Positions 40,202-50,889 of a stretch of 64,000 nt of DNA are shown piece by piece (positions within the stretch are counted from its first letter, which is position 1; each line of letters begins with the position of its first letter). The stretch is taken from the NCBI RefSeq assembly GCF_904830955.1, contig NZ_LR882970.1; one strand, 5' to 3'. Origin of the DNA: Planktothrix tepida. GTDB taxonomy: Bacteria > Cyanobacteriota > Cyanobacteriia > Cyanobacteriales > Microcoleaceae. A program made the translations under genes and the position numbers. The notes under the pieces are model-generated. The model was not told where the DNA came from and did not search any database. It saw only the letters and a list, made by a program, of their open reading frames with translations.

Positions 40202-43003
40202 ATGGTATCTCCCGAATCCTCATCAATGTCTTCTGATTCGACCTTAGAACCCATTACCACTTGGCACAGCTTCGCTGCTGAGAAAGCCCTTAAGGTACTC
40301 GATACAGATAGCGAAACAGGGTTAACCCCACAACAGGTGACTCAACGACAAGAACAATATGGTCTGAATGAATTAGAAGAAGGCGCGGGTCGCAGTCCCT
40401 TGGAGATTTTATGGGATCAGTTCACGAATATTATGCTCGTGATGCTGATTGCTGTCGCCATTGTATCTGCCTTTATCGATTTACGAAAGGGGGCTTTTCC
40501 CAAGGACGCCGTTGCCATTTTTGCGATTGTGATTTTGAATGGGATGTTGGGCTATTTCCAAGAAAGCCGTGCAGAACAAGCCTTAGCTGCCCTAAAACGG
40601 ATGTCTTCACCCAAAGTTAGGGTGATGCGGGACGGTAAGCTGTTGGAAGTTTCAGCGAAAGAATTGGTTCCAGGGGATATTATGTTTCTCGAAGCGGGGG
40701 TGCAAATTCCGGCGGATGGTCGCTTAATTGAAGCTCAGAATTTGCAAGTCCGAGAAGCCGCCTTAACGGGAGAAGCGGAAGGGGTGATTAAAAAACCCAG
40801 TGTGGAATTACCCGAAGATGCACCGTTAGGCGATCGCATTAATATGGTATTCATGGGGACGGAAGTTGTCCAGGGACGGGGAGAAGTCATTGTCACCAAT
40901 ACCGGAATGACGACGGAACTGGGACGCATTGCGGAAATGATTCAGGGAGTCGAAAGTGAACCCACTCCCCTCCAGCAACGGATGTCTCAGTTAGGAAATG
41001 TGTTGGTTAGTGGGTCTTTAGCCTTAGTCGCCTTGGTGGTGATTGGTGGCGTGATTAGAACGGGCAGTTTTAGTAGTTTAGAAGATTTATTAGAAGTTTC
41101 GCTGAGTATGGCGGTGGCCGTTGTTCCCGAAGGTTTACCGGCGGTGGTAACGGTGACTTTAGCCATTGGAACCCAACGCATGGTACGACGCCATGCCTTA
41201 ATTCGTAAACTCCCGGCGGTGGAAACCCTGGGTTCTGTTACCACTATTTGTTCGGATAAAACCGGAACTCTCACCCAAAATAAAATGGTGGTACAATCAG
41301 TTTATACCTTAAATGAAGTGTTTCAAGTCACCGGAGAAGGGTATGCTCCCGTTGGGGAATTACGATTGATCACCTCTGATGAAAATAGCACCCTCTCTCC
41401 TGCTGCTGAAGTTTTACAACCTATTTTAACAGCCTGTGTTTTATGTAATGATGCTCAATTACAACAAGATAAAAATCAATGGATTATTTTAGGAGATCCC
41501 ACAGAAGGAGCGTTATTATCGTTAGCGGGAAAAGTCGGTTTATTTAGAGAAACTCATAATCAACAAAACCCCCGTATTGCTGAAATTCCTTTCTCTTCAG
41601 AACGCAAGCGCATGAGTGTGATTTGTCAATCTGATGATGAATTTTCGATGTTTACAAAAGGATCACCGGAGTTGATTTTAGCTCAATGTGATGCTGTTTT
41701 GGTGGGGAATACAACGGTTTCTTTAACTGAAGTTGACCGCCAACGAATTCTCGACCAAAATAATGAAATGGCCGGAAAAGGATTACGAGTTTTAGGATTT
41801 GCCACTCGATCTTTAACAACATTACCTGAAGAAGGCACTGAAGAAGCCGCCGAACAGGAATTAGTTTGGTTAGGATTAGTGGGAATGTTAGATGCGCCCC
41901 GTCCTGAAGTTCGAGAAGCGGTTAAACGGTGTCGAGAAGCCGGAATTCGTCCAGTGATGATTACCGGAGATCATCAATTAACGGCGAAAGTCATTGCTCA
42001 AGATTTAGGGATTGCTTCCCCTGATGATTTAAGTTTAACAGGTCAAGAATTACAGAAACTTTCTCAAACAGAATTAGAACAAGAAGTTGAACAAGTCAGT
42101 GTTTACGCCAGGGTTTCTCCTGAACATAAACTTCGCATTGTTCAAGCCTTGCAAAAGAATGGTGAATTTGTAGCCATGACCGGGGATGGAGTCAATGATG
42201 CTCCCGCCTTAAAACAAGCCGATATTGGCATTGCGATGGGAATTACCGGAACCGATGTTAGTAAAGAAGCCAGTGATATGATTTTGCTGGATGATAACTT
42301 TGCCACCATTGTTGCCGCCACAGAAGAAGGACGAGTGGTTTATAGTAATATTCGCCGTTTTGTTAAATATATTCTCGGTAGTAATATTGGGGAAGTTTTA
42401 GTAATTGCCTCTTCTCCGATTTTAGGTTTAGGGGGTGTTCCTTTATCGCCATTACAAATTTTATGGATGAACCTTGTCACGGATGGTTTACCTGCTTTAG
42501 CCTTAGCGATGGAGCCCGCCGAACCTGCGGTGATGCAACGTCCTCCTAATGATCCCCGTGAAAGTATTTTTGCGCGAGGATTAGGATTATATATGGTGAG
42601 AATTGGGATTATTTTTGCCATTTTAACGATTGTTTTAATGGTTTGGGCTTACGATCATACTAAAATCGCGGGTAATCCTGAACGTTGGAAAACAATGGTG
42701 TTTACAACCTTATGTTTAGCCCAAATGGGTCATGCTATAGCAGTACGTTCTGATAACCAATTAACAATACAAATGAATCCCGCAACCAATCCTTATCTTT
42801 GGGCTGCGGTTTTATTAACTACCGTTCTTCAGTTACTATTAATTTATGTTCCGCCCTTACAAAGTTTCTTTGGAACTCACCCGTTAACGTTCACTGAATT
42901 GTTAATCTGTTTAGGTTTTAGTGCCTTAATGTTTATCTGGATTGAAATGGAAAAACTGGTTCAAAGATGGTTTTTCCAACGTCGTCAAACCCCCAGTTTG
43001 TAA
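40202..43003 (+). CDS. pacL: Calcium-translocating P-type ATPase (PacL/SERCA-like)
   Basis: [14 protein letters not shown] phosphorylation motif, [30 protein letters not shown] hinge, 10 TM helices. 933 aa. Confidence 0.9.
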   Translation: MVSPESSSMSSDSTLEPITTWHSFAAEKALKVLDTDSETGLTPQQVTQRQEQYGLNELEEGAGRSPLEILWDQFTNIMLVMLIAVAIVSAFIDLRKGAFPKDAVAIFAIVILNGMLGYFQESRAEQALAALKRMSSPKVRVMRDGKLLEVSAKELVPGDIMFLEAGVQIPADGRLIEAQNLQVREAALTGEAEGVIKKPSVELPEDAPLGDRINMVFMGTEVVQGRGEVIVTNTGMTTELGRIAEMIQGVESEPTPLQQRMSQLGNVLVSGSLALVALVVIGGVIRTGSFSSLEDLLEVSLSMAVAVVPEGLPAVVTVTLAIGTQRMVRRHALIRKLPAVETLGSVTTICSDKTGTLTQNKMVVQSVYTLNEVFQVTGEGYAPVGELRLITSDENSTLSPAAEVLQPILTACVLCNDAQLQQDKNQWIILGDPTEGALLSLAGKVGLFRETHNQQNPRIAEIPFSSERKRMSVICQSDDEFSMFTKGSPELILAQCDAVLVGNTTVSLTEVDRQRILDQNNEMAGKGLRVLGFATRSLTTLPEEGTEEAAEQELVWLGLVGMLDAPRPEVREAVKRCREAGIRPVMITGDHQLTAKVIAQDLGIASPDDLSLTGQELQKLSQTELEQEVEQVSVYARVSPEHKLRIVQALQKNGEFVAMTGDGVNDAPALKQADIGIAMGITGTDVSKEASDMILLDDNFATIVAATEEGRVVYSNIRRFVKYILGSNIGEVLVIASSPILGLGGVPLSPLQILWMNLVTDGLPALALAMEPAEPAVMQRPPNDPRESIFARGLGLYMVRIGIIFAILTIVLMVWAYDHTKIAGNPERWKTMVFTTLCLAQMGHAIAVRSDNQLTIQMNPATNPYLWAAVLLTTVLQLLLIYVPPLQSFFGTHPLTFTELLICLGFSALMFIWIEMEKLVQRWFFQRRQTPSL

Positions 43004-43305
43004 AGGATAACTCTTAATTGAAACCCCAAGATAACGATTATAAACTCGGTTTTTGGGTCTGGTGACATTGACGTTTGACAGGGTTAGTGGTAGCGTTGCA
43101 CTCAACAACCTACGGCTAACCCTATCCTTTTTAAAACGGTCTTTGTTGTGTTTGGGTTTCGTCCCTGAACCTAACTTCCGAGTGGGTGTTGTGAGTTTCA
43201 CTCAACAGTATTGCCAATTGACCCCATTCGCCATAGAATCAGGACGAGAACCCAGGGTGCTGGAAATGGGGAAATAATTAATCAGGAATATAGCCAAAAA
43301 CACTT

Positions 43306-44817
43306 ATGAGTTACCTAAATTTAATTTCTTTTTTGGGAATCTTTGGCTTATGCTTTATAGCTTGGTTATTCTCAGAAAATAAACGAGTCATCCCTTGGCG
43401 AACAATGGGTTTAGGGATTGGCTTACAATTGGTTTTAGCCTTTTTCGTATTTCTTTTCCCACCCACCAGAACGGCTTTAGAATGGTTTAGTAGCCTCCTC
43501 GATAGCTTATTTACAGCCGCAGATACAGGGGCTAGATTTGTTTTTGGGAAAAATATTGTCCCCATTCCTGGGCAAACCCCCGATGTAAATTTAGGTTATA
43601 TTTTTGCATTTAGAGCTTTACCAACCGTTATTTTCTTCTCTGGCTTAATGGCACTGTTATATAACTTAGGTGTGATTCAAGTTGTTACCAATATTTTTGC
43701 TAAGTTATTCTATAAAACGATGCGTTTAAGTGGGGCAGAAGCCTTAAGCGGTGCAGCCAATATCTTTGTCGGAATTGAAGCCGCCATTGTGGTTAAACCC
43801 TACTTAGAAAAGATGACCCGTTCTGAACTGTGTGCGATTCTAAGTTGTTGTTTTGGAACGGCTGCTTCATCAACCTTAGCCATTTATGTCAGTTTCTTAA
43901 GACCCGTTTTTCCGAATATTTTAGGGCATTTAGTGTCCGCGTCTATCATGGCGATTCCAGCCTGTTTTGTGATTTCTAAAATCTTAGTTCCTGAAACCGA
44001 CAAACCCTTAACATTAGGAAAATTACCCGAAGAAAAGAAAGAAGAAAACTTAATTACCCACGAAGACGGAGAACCCCATTTAGAAACCGTTGGCGGTGAA
44101 CTGATGGAGCGAGTTAGCCCCCTAGACTCAGCCATTATTGGAGCCTTAGATGGGGTGAAAATGTCCGTAGCCATTGCTGCGGTTTTGATCTTAATTTTAG
44201 GATTAGTTTCTTTAGTGAATCAATTTTCAGCCTGGTTAGGTTTATTACCAAGTCCGGTGGGAGATGTTTTTAAAGTTTTAACGTTAGCGAATATTTTGGG
44301 ATTTATATTTTATCCCTTAACAATTTTAACAGGAGTTCCCTTTGAAGATTCTTGGACAGCTTCAGTCATTATTGGTCGTCGGTTATTAGAAACAGCAATT
44401 CCTCCCTATCAAGCCTTAGCAGAAGCCGCCAAAGAAGGATTAATTACTCCTAGAACCGTGTTAATTGTTAGTTATGCTTTATCAGGTTTTGCCCATGTAG
44501 CTTCGGTGGGAATTTTCGTGGGGGGAATGGTCGGTTTAGTTCCTTCTCGGCGAAAAGATATTTCCGAATTAGGGTGGAAAGCTTTATTTGCTGGAACATT
44601 AGCTACGATGATGATTGCTTGTTTAGCCGGATTCTATGATAATGGGAATCCAAGTATTATGGGTGAACCTGCGACAACCCCGGCCGTTAGCACCCCTGCG
44701 GCTCCTAATACAACGGTTTCACCCACGCCAACCCCTGCGCCGACGGTAACTCCAACCCCTAAACCTTCTCCTTCCCCTAAAGCGACAACAGCACCCTCTG
44801 AAAAGCCTAAATCTTAG
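43306..44817 (+). CDS. nupC: Concentrative nucleoside transporter (NupC/CNT family) with a Pro/Thr-rich C-terminal tail
   Basis: CNT-family topology with conserved GxEAA.VxKPY and SCCFGTAASSTLAIYVS blocks. Confidence 0.85.
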   Translation: MSYLNLISFLGIFGLCFIAWLFSENKRVIPWRTMGLGIGLQLVLAFFVFLFPPTRTALEWFSSLLDSLFTAADTGARFVFGKNIVPIPGQTPDVNLGYIFAFRALPTVIFFSGLMALLYNLGVIQVVTNIFAKLFYKTMRLSGAEALSGAANIFVGIEAAIVVKPYLEKMTRSELCAILSCCFGTAASSTLAIYVSFLRPVFPNILGHLVSASIMAIPACFVISKILVPETDKPLTLGKLPEEKKEENLITHEDGEPHLETVGGELMERVSPLDSAIIGALDGVKMSVAIAAVLILILGLVSLVNQFSAWLGLLPSPVGDVFKVLTLANILGFIFYPLTILTGVPFEDSWTASVIIGRRLLETAIPPYQALAEAAKEGLITPRTVLIVSYALSGFAHVASVGIFVGGMVGLVPSRRKDISELGWKALFAGTLATMMIACLAGFYDNGNPSIMGEPATTPAVSTPAAPNTTVSPTPTPAPTVTPTPKPSPSPKATTAPSEKPKS

Positions 44818-44848
44818 GTCAAGAGAGAGTAGCAGCTGACTGAATTAT

Positions 44849-44871
44849 GGGCGGGATGACCCCGCCCCTAC
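44849..44871. repeat. GGGCGGG-N5-CCCGCCCCTAC hairpin element, copy 2
   Basis: Identical stem and CTAC tail as the copy at 15615-15639, with a different loop (ATGAC). It lies between nupC and the SLC13 transporter. Confidence 0.6.
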
Positions 44872-44922
44872 AAACCCCCAATTGCGATTTTCTGAGTTTC
44901 GATACACCCGATTAGATTTTTC

Positions 44923-46728
44923 ATGACCAATATTATTCTGACTCTTAGTATTGTTGTTCTGGCTTTAATTGCCTTTATTTTTGAGTGGCTTCCCGTTGAT
45001 TTAACAGCCCTCACCGTTACCGTTGTATTAATGATTTTGAAGCTCGTTACACCGGATGAAGGCATATCTGGGTTTGGTAACTCTGCCACAATTACGGTGA
45101 TGGCAATGTTTATTTTAAGTGCTGGAATTACTAAAACAGGAGTTGTACAAACCGTTCGAGATGGGTTAGTGAAATGGGGCGGAAAAACCGCTAACCAACA
45201 AATTTTCGTTATGGGATTAATTGTTGGCCCCATTACGGCATTTATTAATAACACCGCAGTAGTTGCGATTTTCTTACCCATTATTGAAGATTGGTGTCGC
45301 AAACAAAAAATTTCCCCCTCTAAATTATTAATTCCTCTTTCCTATGTAACCGTTTTAGGGGGAATGATTACCGTCATTGGAACCTCAACCAACGTTTTAG
45401 CCAGTGGTATTTCTAAACAACTTGGATATGGGGAATTTCAGTTATTTCAGTTTACGGTATTAGGCATTGTCACCTTTATTATCGGTTTAATTTATTTAGC
45501 TATTATTGCTCCTCGGCTCTTACCTGACCGTAAACCCCCCAATTTTGAGGTTCTTGAACAGGAATATGGGTTAAAAGATTATGTCAGTGAACTCGTGATT
45601 ACTCCTCGTTCTAGTTTGGTGGGACAAACCGTTAACGAAAGTGAAATTCAACGCAAATTTGATTTAGATGTACTTGAATTAATTCAAAATAAAATGCGCT
45701 TTCCCCAACCTTTGGGGGATAAAGTGTTAAATGCAGGAGATATTTTAATTGTTCGCAGTAGTCGAGAAGATTTACTCAAAATTCGCGATGAGAGAGGTTT
45801 AGAACTGCTTCCTGATGTTAAGTTTAAAGAGGAATCCTTAGAAACAGTATTGAGTTCAGGAGAAGAAAAAATAGCCGAAGTTTTAATTTTATCTAATTCT
45901 CGATTAATTGGAACAACTTTAAAAGATTTAAGATTTCGTCAACGCTATAACGCAACGGTTTTAGCCATTCGTCGTGGTTCAGAATTAGTTCAAGGACGAT
46001 TAGGGAAAGTTCCCTTAAGATTTGGGGATTTGTTATTACTTCAAGGCCCTAAACAAAGCTTTATTGGGTTACAAACCACACGGGAACTATTAGTTTTAGA
46101 AGAACGAGATGTAGAAAACCTAAGACAAGATAAAGCTTGGGTCGCACTGGCAATTATTTTAGGCGTTATTGTTCTCGCTGCTTTTAATATTATGCCAATT
46201 TTGGTTAGTGCTTTAGCAGGTGTGATTTTAATGGTGATTACAGGATGTATTAAACCCGGAGAAATCTATGGTGCTGTCCGTTGGGATGTCATCTTTTTAT
46301 TAGCAGGATTAATTCCATTAGGAATTGCAATGGATAAATCCGGTGCAACTCAATGGTTAGCTGATACATTGGTCGGTTTTGGCGGTCATTTATCCGGTTA
46401 TTGGATTTTATTATTCTTCTATATTGCCACATCAATTCTGACAGAAATTCTCTCGAATAATGCAACGGTTGTTTTAATGATTCCGATTGCGGTAAAAGTT
46501 GCTATAACATTAGGCTTAAATCCCTTTGCCTTTATGTATGCTGTTACCTTTGCCGCTTCTAATAGTTATATGACCCCCATTGGTTATCAAACGAATACAA
46601 TGGTTTACAGCCCTGGAGGATATAAATTTTTCGACTTTACCCGTGTTGGAGCTCCTTTGAATTTAATCCTAACTATTGTCACCCCATTATTAATTGTTTG
46701 GTTATATGGATTATCCCCCATCAAATAG
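44923..46728 (+). CDS. SLC13/DASS-family anion permease with two central TrkA-C (RCK_C) domains
   Basis: N- and C-terminal transporter halves flank two TrkA_C-like modules (LVGQTVNESEIQRKFDLDVLELIQ... and LIGTTLKDLRFRQRYNATVLAIRRG...). Confidence 0.85.
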   Translation: MTNIILTLSIVVLALIAFIFEWLPVDLTALTVTVVLMILKLVTPDEGISGFGNSATITVMAMFILSAGITKTGVVQTVRDGLVKWGGKTANQQIFVMGLIVGPITAFINNTAVVAIFLPIIEDWCRKQKISPSKLLIPLSYVTVLGGMITVIGTSTNVLASGISKQLGYGEFQLFQFTVLGIVTFIIGLIYLAIIAPRLLPDRKPPNFEVLEQEYGLKDYVSELVITPRSSLVGQTVNESEIQRKFDLDVLELIQNKMRFPQPLGDKVLNAGDILIVRSSREDLLKIRDERGLELLPDVKFKEESLETVLSSGEEKIAEVLILSNSRLIGTTLKDLRFRQRYNATVLAIRRGSELVQGRLGKVPLRFGDLLLLQGPKQSFIGLQTTRELLVLEERDVENLRQDKAWVALAIILGVIVLAAFNIMPILVSALAGVILMVITGCIKPGEIYGAVRWDVIFLLAGLIPLGIAMDKSGATQWLADTLVGFGGHLSGYWILLFFYIATSILTEILSNNATVVLMIPIAVKVAITLGLNPFAFMYAVTFAASNSYMTPIGYQTNTMVYSPGGYKFFDFTRVGAPLNLILTIVTPLLIVWLYGLSPIK

Positions 46729-46788
46729 TAGAGAAGAAGCGGTAGTTCACCAATACTAAACCCCGGGTTAATTCTAATTTTTGCTATA

Positions 46789-47280
46789 CTATTGAACAGC
46801 CATTGTCACTAATTCTTGGAGCTTTTGATCGAGCATTTCTGCAACTCTCAAAATTTTCGGATTCTCAAATCTACCTAATAGAGATGAAGGTTGATCATAG
46901 GTAATATAAGTTTTGCCATTATATTCATCATACACAAACAATCGCAGGGGAACGTAAAGACCGACTGCCGGGTCTTCTTCAAACATTTGATTCGCAATCA
47001 GGGGATTACCAATTATATAAAGTTTAGCTTGTTTAAATTTGCCACATAAGGAAAGCACTTTACCAGATTCAAGGTGTGTAAAAATCATTAAATCATGTTT
47101 ACCCACCATTGATTTAACTGCATTTTCTACTTCTGTAAAAGAGGCATTTGCATCTATCAACTTTTGAAAAATCAGATTATTAGCTTTACCAACCATTGAC
47201 TCTATAGCCGTGGTGACTTGGGCAAAGGATTTTTCTGAAGACACTTTTATGTGGTTTACGGTGAAATTAATAGTTTCCAT
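46789..47280 (-). CDS. DUF302 domain protein
   Basis: 163 aa. GNPLIANQMFEEDPAVGLYVPLRLFVYD fits the DUF302 core. Confidence 0.6.
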   Translation of the reverse strand: METINFTVNHIKVSSEKSFAQVTTAIESMVGKANNLIFQKLIDANASFTEVENAVKSMVGKHDLMIFTHLESGKVLSLCGKFKQAKLYIIGNPLIANQMFEEDPAVGLYVPLRLFVYDEYNGKTYITYDQPSSLLGRFENPKILRVAEMLDQKLQELVTMAVQ

Positions 47281-47317
47281 ATCTGTTAATTTCGGCTTTT
47301 ACAAATATTTTAAATAT

Positions 47318-47360
47318 CTAATTTTTAAACCCCTAGCCAATAGCAAGGGGTTTAATATTT
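47318..47360. terminator. Stem-loop AAACCCCT-N11-AGGGGTTT followed by a T-run; candidate intrinsic terminator
   Basis: 8-bp stem. On the + strand it is followed by TAATATTTTTTTT, and on the - strand by TTTAAAAATT. It sits just 3' of the ACP gene. Confidence 0.4.
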
Positions 47361-47380
47361 TTTTTCAGACCTGAATTAGC

Positions 47381-47653
47381 TTATAATCCAGCTAGATATT
47401 TTGATAAAGACTCAATTGAGGGGTAATCATAGGTTATGGTTGGATCAATAGAACCTCCCAACCAGTTCTCTAAATCGCTAGTTAATCCAATAGTCGCTGA
47501 GGAATCCAAGCCATAGCGGTCAAAAGAAGCTTTAACATCAACTTCATTGGGATCAATTTCCAGAAGTTGGGCTATATAAGAAACCAACCAAGCTTGAATA
47601 GCAGATTGGTTCTTGTGGGTTTCAACAGCGATTTCTTGATTTTGAATTGCCAT
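47381..47653 (-). CDS. Stand-alone acyl carrier protein
   Basis: 90 aa with the phosphopantetheine-attachment motif YGLDSSATIGL. It is cotranscribed with four desaturases and a FAAL. Confidence 0.75.
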   Translation of the reverse strand: MAIQNQEIAVETHKNQSAIQAWLVSYIAQLLEIDPNEVDVKASFDRYGLDSSATIGLTSDLENWLGGSIDPTITYDYPSIESLSKYLAGL

Positions 47654-47862
47654 GATAATTTTTTCCTGAATGGGTCTGGGATAAAAATTTTGCTCACCAA
47701 AAATGGGAGCAATGGATTGGGTCGTTAAAAGTCCCTTCCCTAAATTATAAACCTAAATTTCTGGGTTTTTTTCTGGGTTTTTATGAGTGAACATTAAATT
47801 TCTAAAACAAGAAAATTAGGTTCATAATTAAGACAGTAGACGAGATAGATTTTAGTATCCTG

Positions 47863-48828
47863 CTATGTTGCCTTTCTAGCTGCTAAAAAAGCTTTTTTAG
47901 CTTTGATAGTATCGGCTTTAGGAATCTTGACATCCCAAATTAAACCCAGCTTTTCTAAAATGAGGACAACCCAGCCCCCGATATCAACTTGCCACCAGTC
48001 GAAACCAAAAATGGCTGATTGCGGAAAAGCATGGTGACTATTGTGCCATCCTTCACCCAAGGAAGGAAGAGCCAGCCAGAGATTGTTCCGGCTGTGATCA
48101 GGGGTATTAAAGGAGCGACCGCCAAGGACGTGACAAAAAGAGTTGACGCCATTGATGAGGTTATTGACAAAGAACATCCGCACCAGTCCTCCCCAAAGAA
48201 AGCCTTGAAAAGCTCCCAGCCATGAGTTTGTCAAAACACCGCCTAGGATAGCAGGAATGACCAGTCCTAAAATCACCCACAGCCAATAATATCGGCTCGC
48301 TGTTGTTAGGGCTTTGTCCCGCAGTAAGTCTGGAACATAGTGGATGGTATTGGGGTGTTCTCTGTTGGTCGCTAACCAGCCATCATGAGCGTGCCAAAAG
48401 CCTTTGATCTGATCCGTAACTCCTTCTCCAAAAAGATGGGGAGAATGAGGATCTCCGGGTTGATCGGCATATTCATGATGACGACGATGGGCGGCTACTG
48501 CCAACAGCAAGGGGCCAGGGGCTGCCATAGAACCTAGAATTGCTAAGGTCACTCTAACAACGACATTAGCTTTAAACGCATTATGGCTAAAAAGGCGATG
48601 CCAACCCACAGTAAAGCCAATTTGAGTTAAGAACCACAAACTGATAAACAGCCCTAAGTCCACCCAAGTCATAGGAATTCCGAACAATAGTAAAACAATG
48701 GCGGTGATGAATCCCAAAAAAGGTACAACTTCAAACAAGATGAAGTGTATGGTTTGAGGAACTCTCAGGTGAGGGGCTGTGACGGTTTTTTGTCTTTTGT
48801 CTGGATTAACAAGAGGCTCTGTAATCAT
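47863..48828 (-). CDS. Membrane fatty-acid desaturase, Delta9 acyl-CoA/acyl-lipid type, paralog 1
   Basis: Three His boxes: HRLFSH, HRRHHEYAD, HNSHHAFP. 4 TM helices. Confidence 0.85.
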   Translation of the reverse strand: MITEPLVNPDKRQKTVTAPHLRVPQTIHFILFEVVPFLGFITAIVLLLFGIPMTWVDLGLFISLWFLTQIGFTVGWHRLFSHNAFKANVVVRVTLAILGSMAAPGPLLLAVAAHRRHHEYADQPGDPHSPHLFGEGVTDQIKGFWHAHDGWLATNREHPNTIHYVPDLLRDKALTTASRYYWLWVILGLVIPAILGGVLTNSWLGAFQGFLWGGLVRMFFVNNLINGVNSFCHVLGGRSFNTPDHSRNNLWLALPSLGEGWHNSHHAFPQSAIFGFDWWQVDIGGWVVLILEKLGLIWDVKIPKADTIKAKKAFLAARKAT

Positions 48829-48894
48829 TGGATCAGCTAGGTTTATGATTGCGGTTAATCATTGCTTTTCTGGGTTTAATGCTCAACTTGAAGG

Positions 48895-49827
48895 CTAGTT
48901 GCAGGCTTCATTACAACTCACCTTTCTTTTTTTAGCGGCGATCGCTTCGGCTGTAGGCATTTTCAAGTCCCAAACCAAACCTAGCTTTTCCAGTAGTCGA
49001 ATCACGAAGCCACCGACATCGATTTGCCACCAGTGGAAACCATGAATAGCCGCATAAGGAAAAGCATGGTGGTTGTTGTGCCATTCTCCACAGGTGAACA
49101 AGGCAACCCAGAGGTTATTGCGGCTATAGTCGTCAGTCTCAAAGGGACGATTTCCTAAGAGATGGGCCAGAGAGCCAACCGTCCAAAAACCTAAATGGTG
49201 TTGAAGGAAGATACGGAGAAAGCCGCCCCATAATGTTCCGGTCAACGCCCCCATCCAAGTTCCGGTGATTACTCCACCAATAACACCAGGAATCGCTACT
49301 CCCAAAAATAGCCACAAATAATAAAGTTGGCTAATTCTGTTCAGCATGGGATCTCGCACCATGTCTTTAGCAAAGACAAAGGTGTTCGTGAGTTCATGAT
49401 TGAATGTCCAACCGACATGAGAATGCCATACACCTTCTAAAAAGCCCAATTTTTGCTCTTCTTTAACAAAGGGAGAATGGGGATCTCCGGGGGTATCGCT
49501 GTATTTGTGGTGACGGCGATGGGTGGCTACCCAATAATTGAGGGGGCCTTCTGCGGCCATAGAACCCAGGACAGCCAGGATAATTCTCACCGTCTGATTA
49601 GCCCCGAAGGCGCAGTGGGCAAAGTGTCTATGCAGCCCTACTGTTACGCCAATCGCTGTTAAAAAATACATAATTAGCAATAGCCAGATATCTACGGCAC
49701 TAACACCGATCTGAAAAGCCAGGACTACTGCTGCTACAGATCCGCTTAAGGGAATGATGAGATTGCTGATGCCGTGAATTTCTTGTTGTCTTTTCAGGCG
49801 ATCGCTTTTAATTGTGATTGCTTGCAT
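48895..49827 (-). CDS. Membrane fatty-acid desaturase, paralog 2
   Basis: His boxes HRHFAH, HRRHHKYSD, HNNHHAFP. Confidence 0.85.
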   Translation of the reverse strand: MQAITIKSDRLKRQQEIHGISNLIIPLSGSVAAVVLAFQIGVSAVDIWLLLIMYFLTAIGVTVGLHRHFAHCAFGANQTVRIILAVLGSMAAEGPLNYWVATHRRHHKYSDTPGDPHSPFVKEEQKLGFLEGVWHSHVGWTFNHELTNTFVFAKDMVRDPMLNRISQLYYLWLFLGVAIPGVIGGVITGTWMGALTGTLWGGFLRIFLQHHLGFWTVGSLAHLLGNRPFETDDYSRNNLWVALFTCGEWHNNHHAFPYAAIHGFHWWQIDVGGFVIRLLEKLGLVWDLKMPTAEAIAAKKRKVSCNEACN

Positions 49828-49864
49828 TGTTGGCTCAACCTACATAAGTTTTGTAGTCGGGACT

Positions 49865-50884
49865 TTAATCCTGAGCTAGGGTAATTGTTTTCGCCTCTAT
49901 CATCTTGGCGGTGGGCAGATTTACATCCCAAGCCCAGCCTAATTTTTCCAAGATCCAAATTACTGCATAACCAATATCAATTTGCCACCCTTTCAAACCG
50001 ATAGCAGCAGAGCTTTCAAACGCATGGTGATTGTTTTGCCAAGACTCGCCAAACGTTGGGATAGCCACCCAAGGGTTATTCTTGCTTTGATCGCCTGTCT
50101 TAAAACCACGAGTCCCATAAACATGAGAGACGGAATTAACGCTCAATATGATGTTATCTACAATAAACAGGCGCACAACACCACCCCAAAGAAAGCCTTG
50201 CAATGCTCCTATTAGGGACAAATGAAGTAGTCCGCCGATCATAGTAGGAATCGCTAGACCCAGAAGCACCCAAACTAGATACAATCGGCTAATTTTGGAT
50301 ATGCTTTGATCTCGCAGGAGTTCAGGGGCATAATAGGTTGGATTAGGATAATCATGATCAATCAGCCAGCCAACATGGGAATGCCATAATCCCTTGAGAG
50401 TTCCGAGAAATCCCTGACCGTGAAGATTAGGGGAATGGGGATCACCGGGTAGATCACTGCACTCATGATGGCGACGATGAACGGCTACCCAGGAAATTAA
50501 GGGCCCTTGGGCAGCTACAGAACCCAATATGGCGAATATCACCCGAATGCTCTGGTGAGTTTTAAAAGCACGATGGGTATAGTAGCGATGAAAACCGACA
50601 CTCACCCCGGTCATGGTCAAAGCCCACATCACAATCAGCATTCCGATCTCGATTGGCCCAATGGGTAGCCACAAAAGAGAAATGATCGCCACAATTGTTC
50701 CTAAAAAGGGAATGAAATTGTACCACCAAAAATGTTTATATTGCAGTCCTTTAATGTAGTCATTGCTAATAACCTTTGTCTTCTGATTGGGTATGGCAGT
50801 ATCGAAATGTGTTGTCATTCTCTGAACTCCTAATAGATGACGCAATACAAAAATTTGGCAGTGAAAAAATCCGGATTCAGTCAA
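49865..50884 (-). CDS. Membrane fatty-acid desaturase, paralog 3
   Basis: His boxes HRYYTH, HRRHHECSD, QNNHHAFE. Confidence 0.85.
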   Translation of the reverse strand: MTESGFFHCQIFVLRHLLGVQRMTTHFDTAIPNQKTKVISNDYIKGLQYKHFWWYNFIPFLGTIVAIISLLWLPIGPIEIGMLIVMWALTMTGVSVGFHRYYTHRAFKTHQSIRVIFAILGSVAAQGPLISWVAVHRRHHECSDLPGDPHSPNLHGQGFLGTLKGLWHSHVGWLIDHDYPNPTYYAPELLRDQSISKISRLYLVWVLLGLAIPTMIGGLLHLSLIGALQGFLWGGVVRLFIVDNIILSVNSVSHVYGTRGFKTGDQSKNNPWVAIPTFGESWQNNHHAFESSAAIGLKGWQIDIGYAVIWILEKLGWAWDVNLPTAKMIEAKTITLAQD

Positions 50885-50889
50885 GTTTA

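Noticed and set aside
40411-41274. Several small sense and antisense ORFs within the P-type ATPase gene (also 42340-42621)
   Set aside because: They are embedded in a 933-aa CDS with all P-type ATPase motifs intact.
43075-43125. tRNA-like D-loop motif (TAGTGGTAGCG) in the nupC leader
   Set aside because: There is no matching T-arm (GGTTCGAATCC-like) and no 7-bp acceptor stem, so it is not a tRNA gene.
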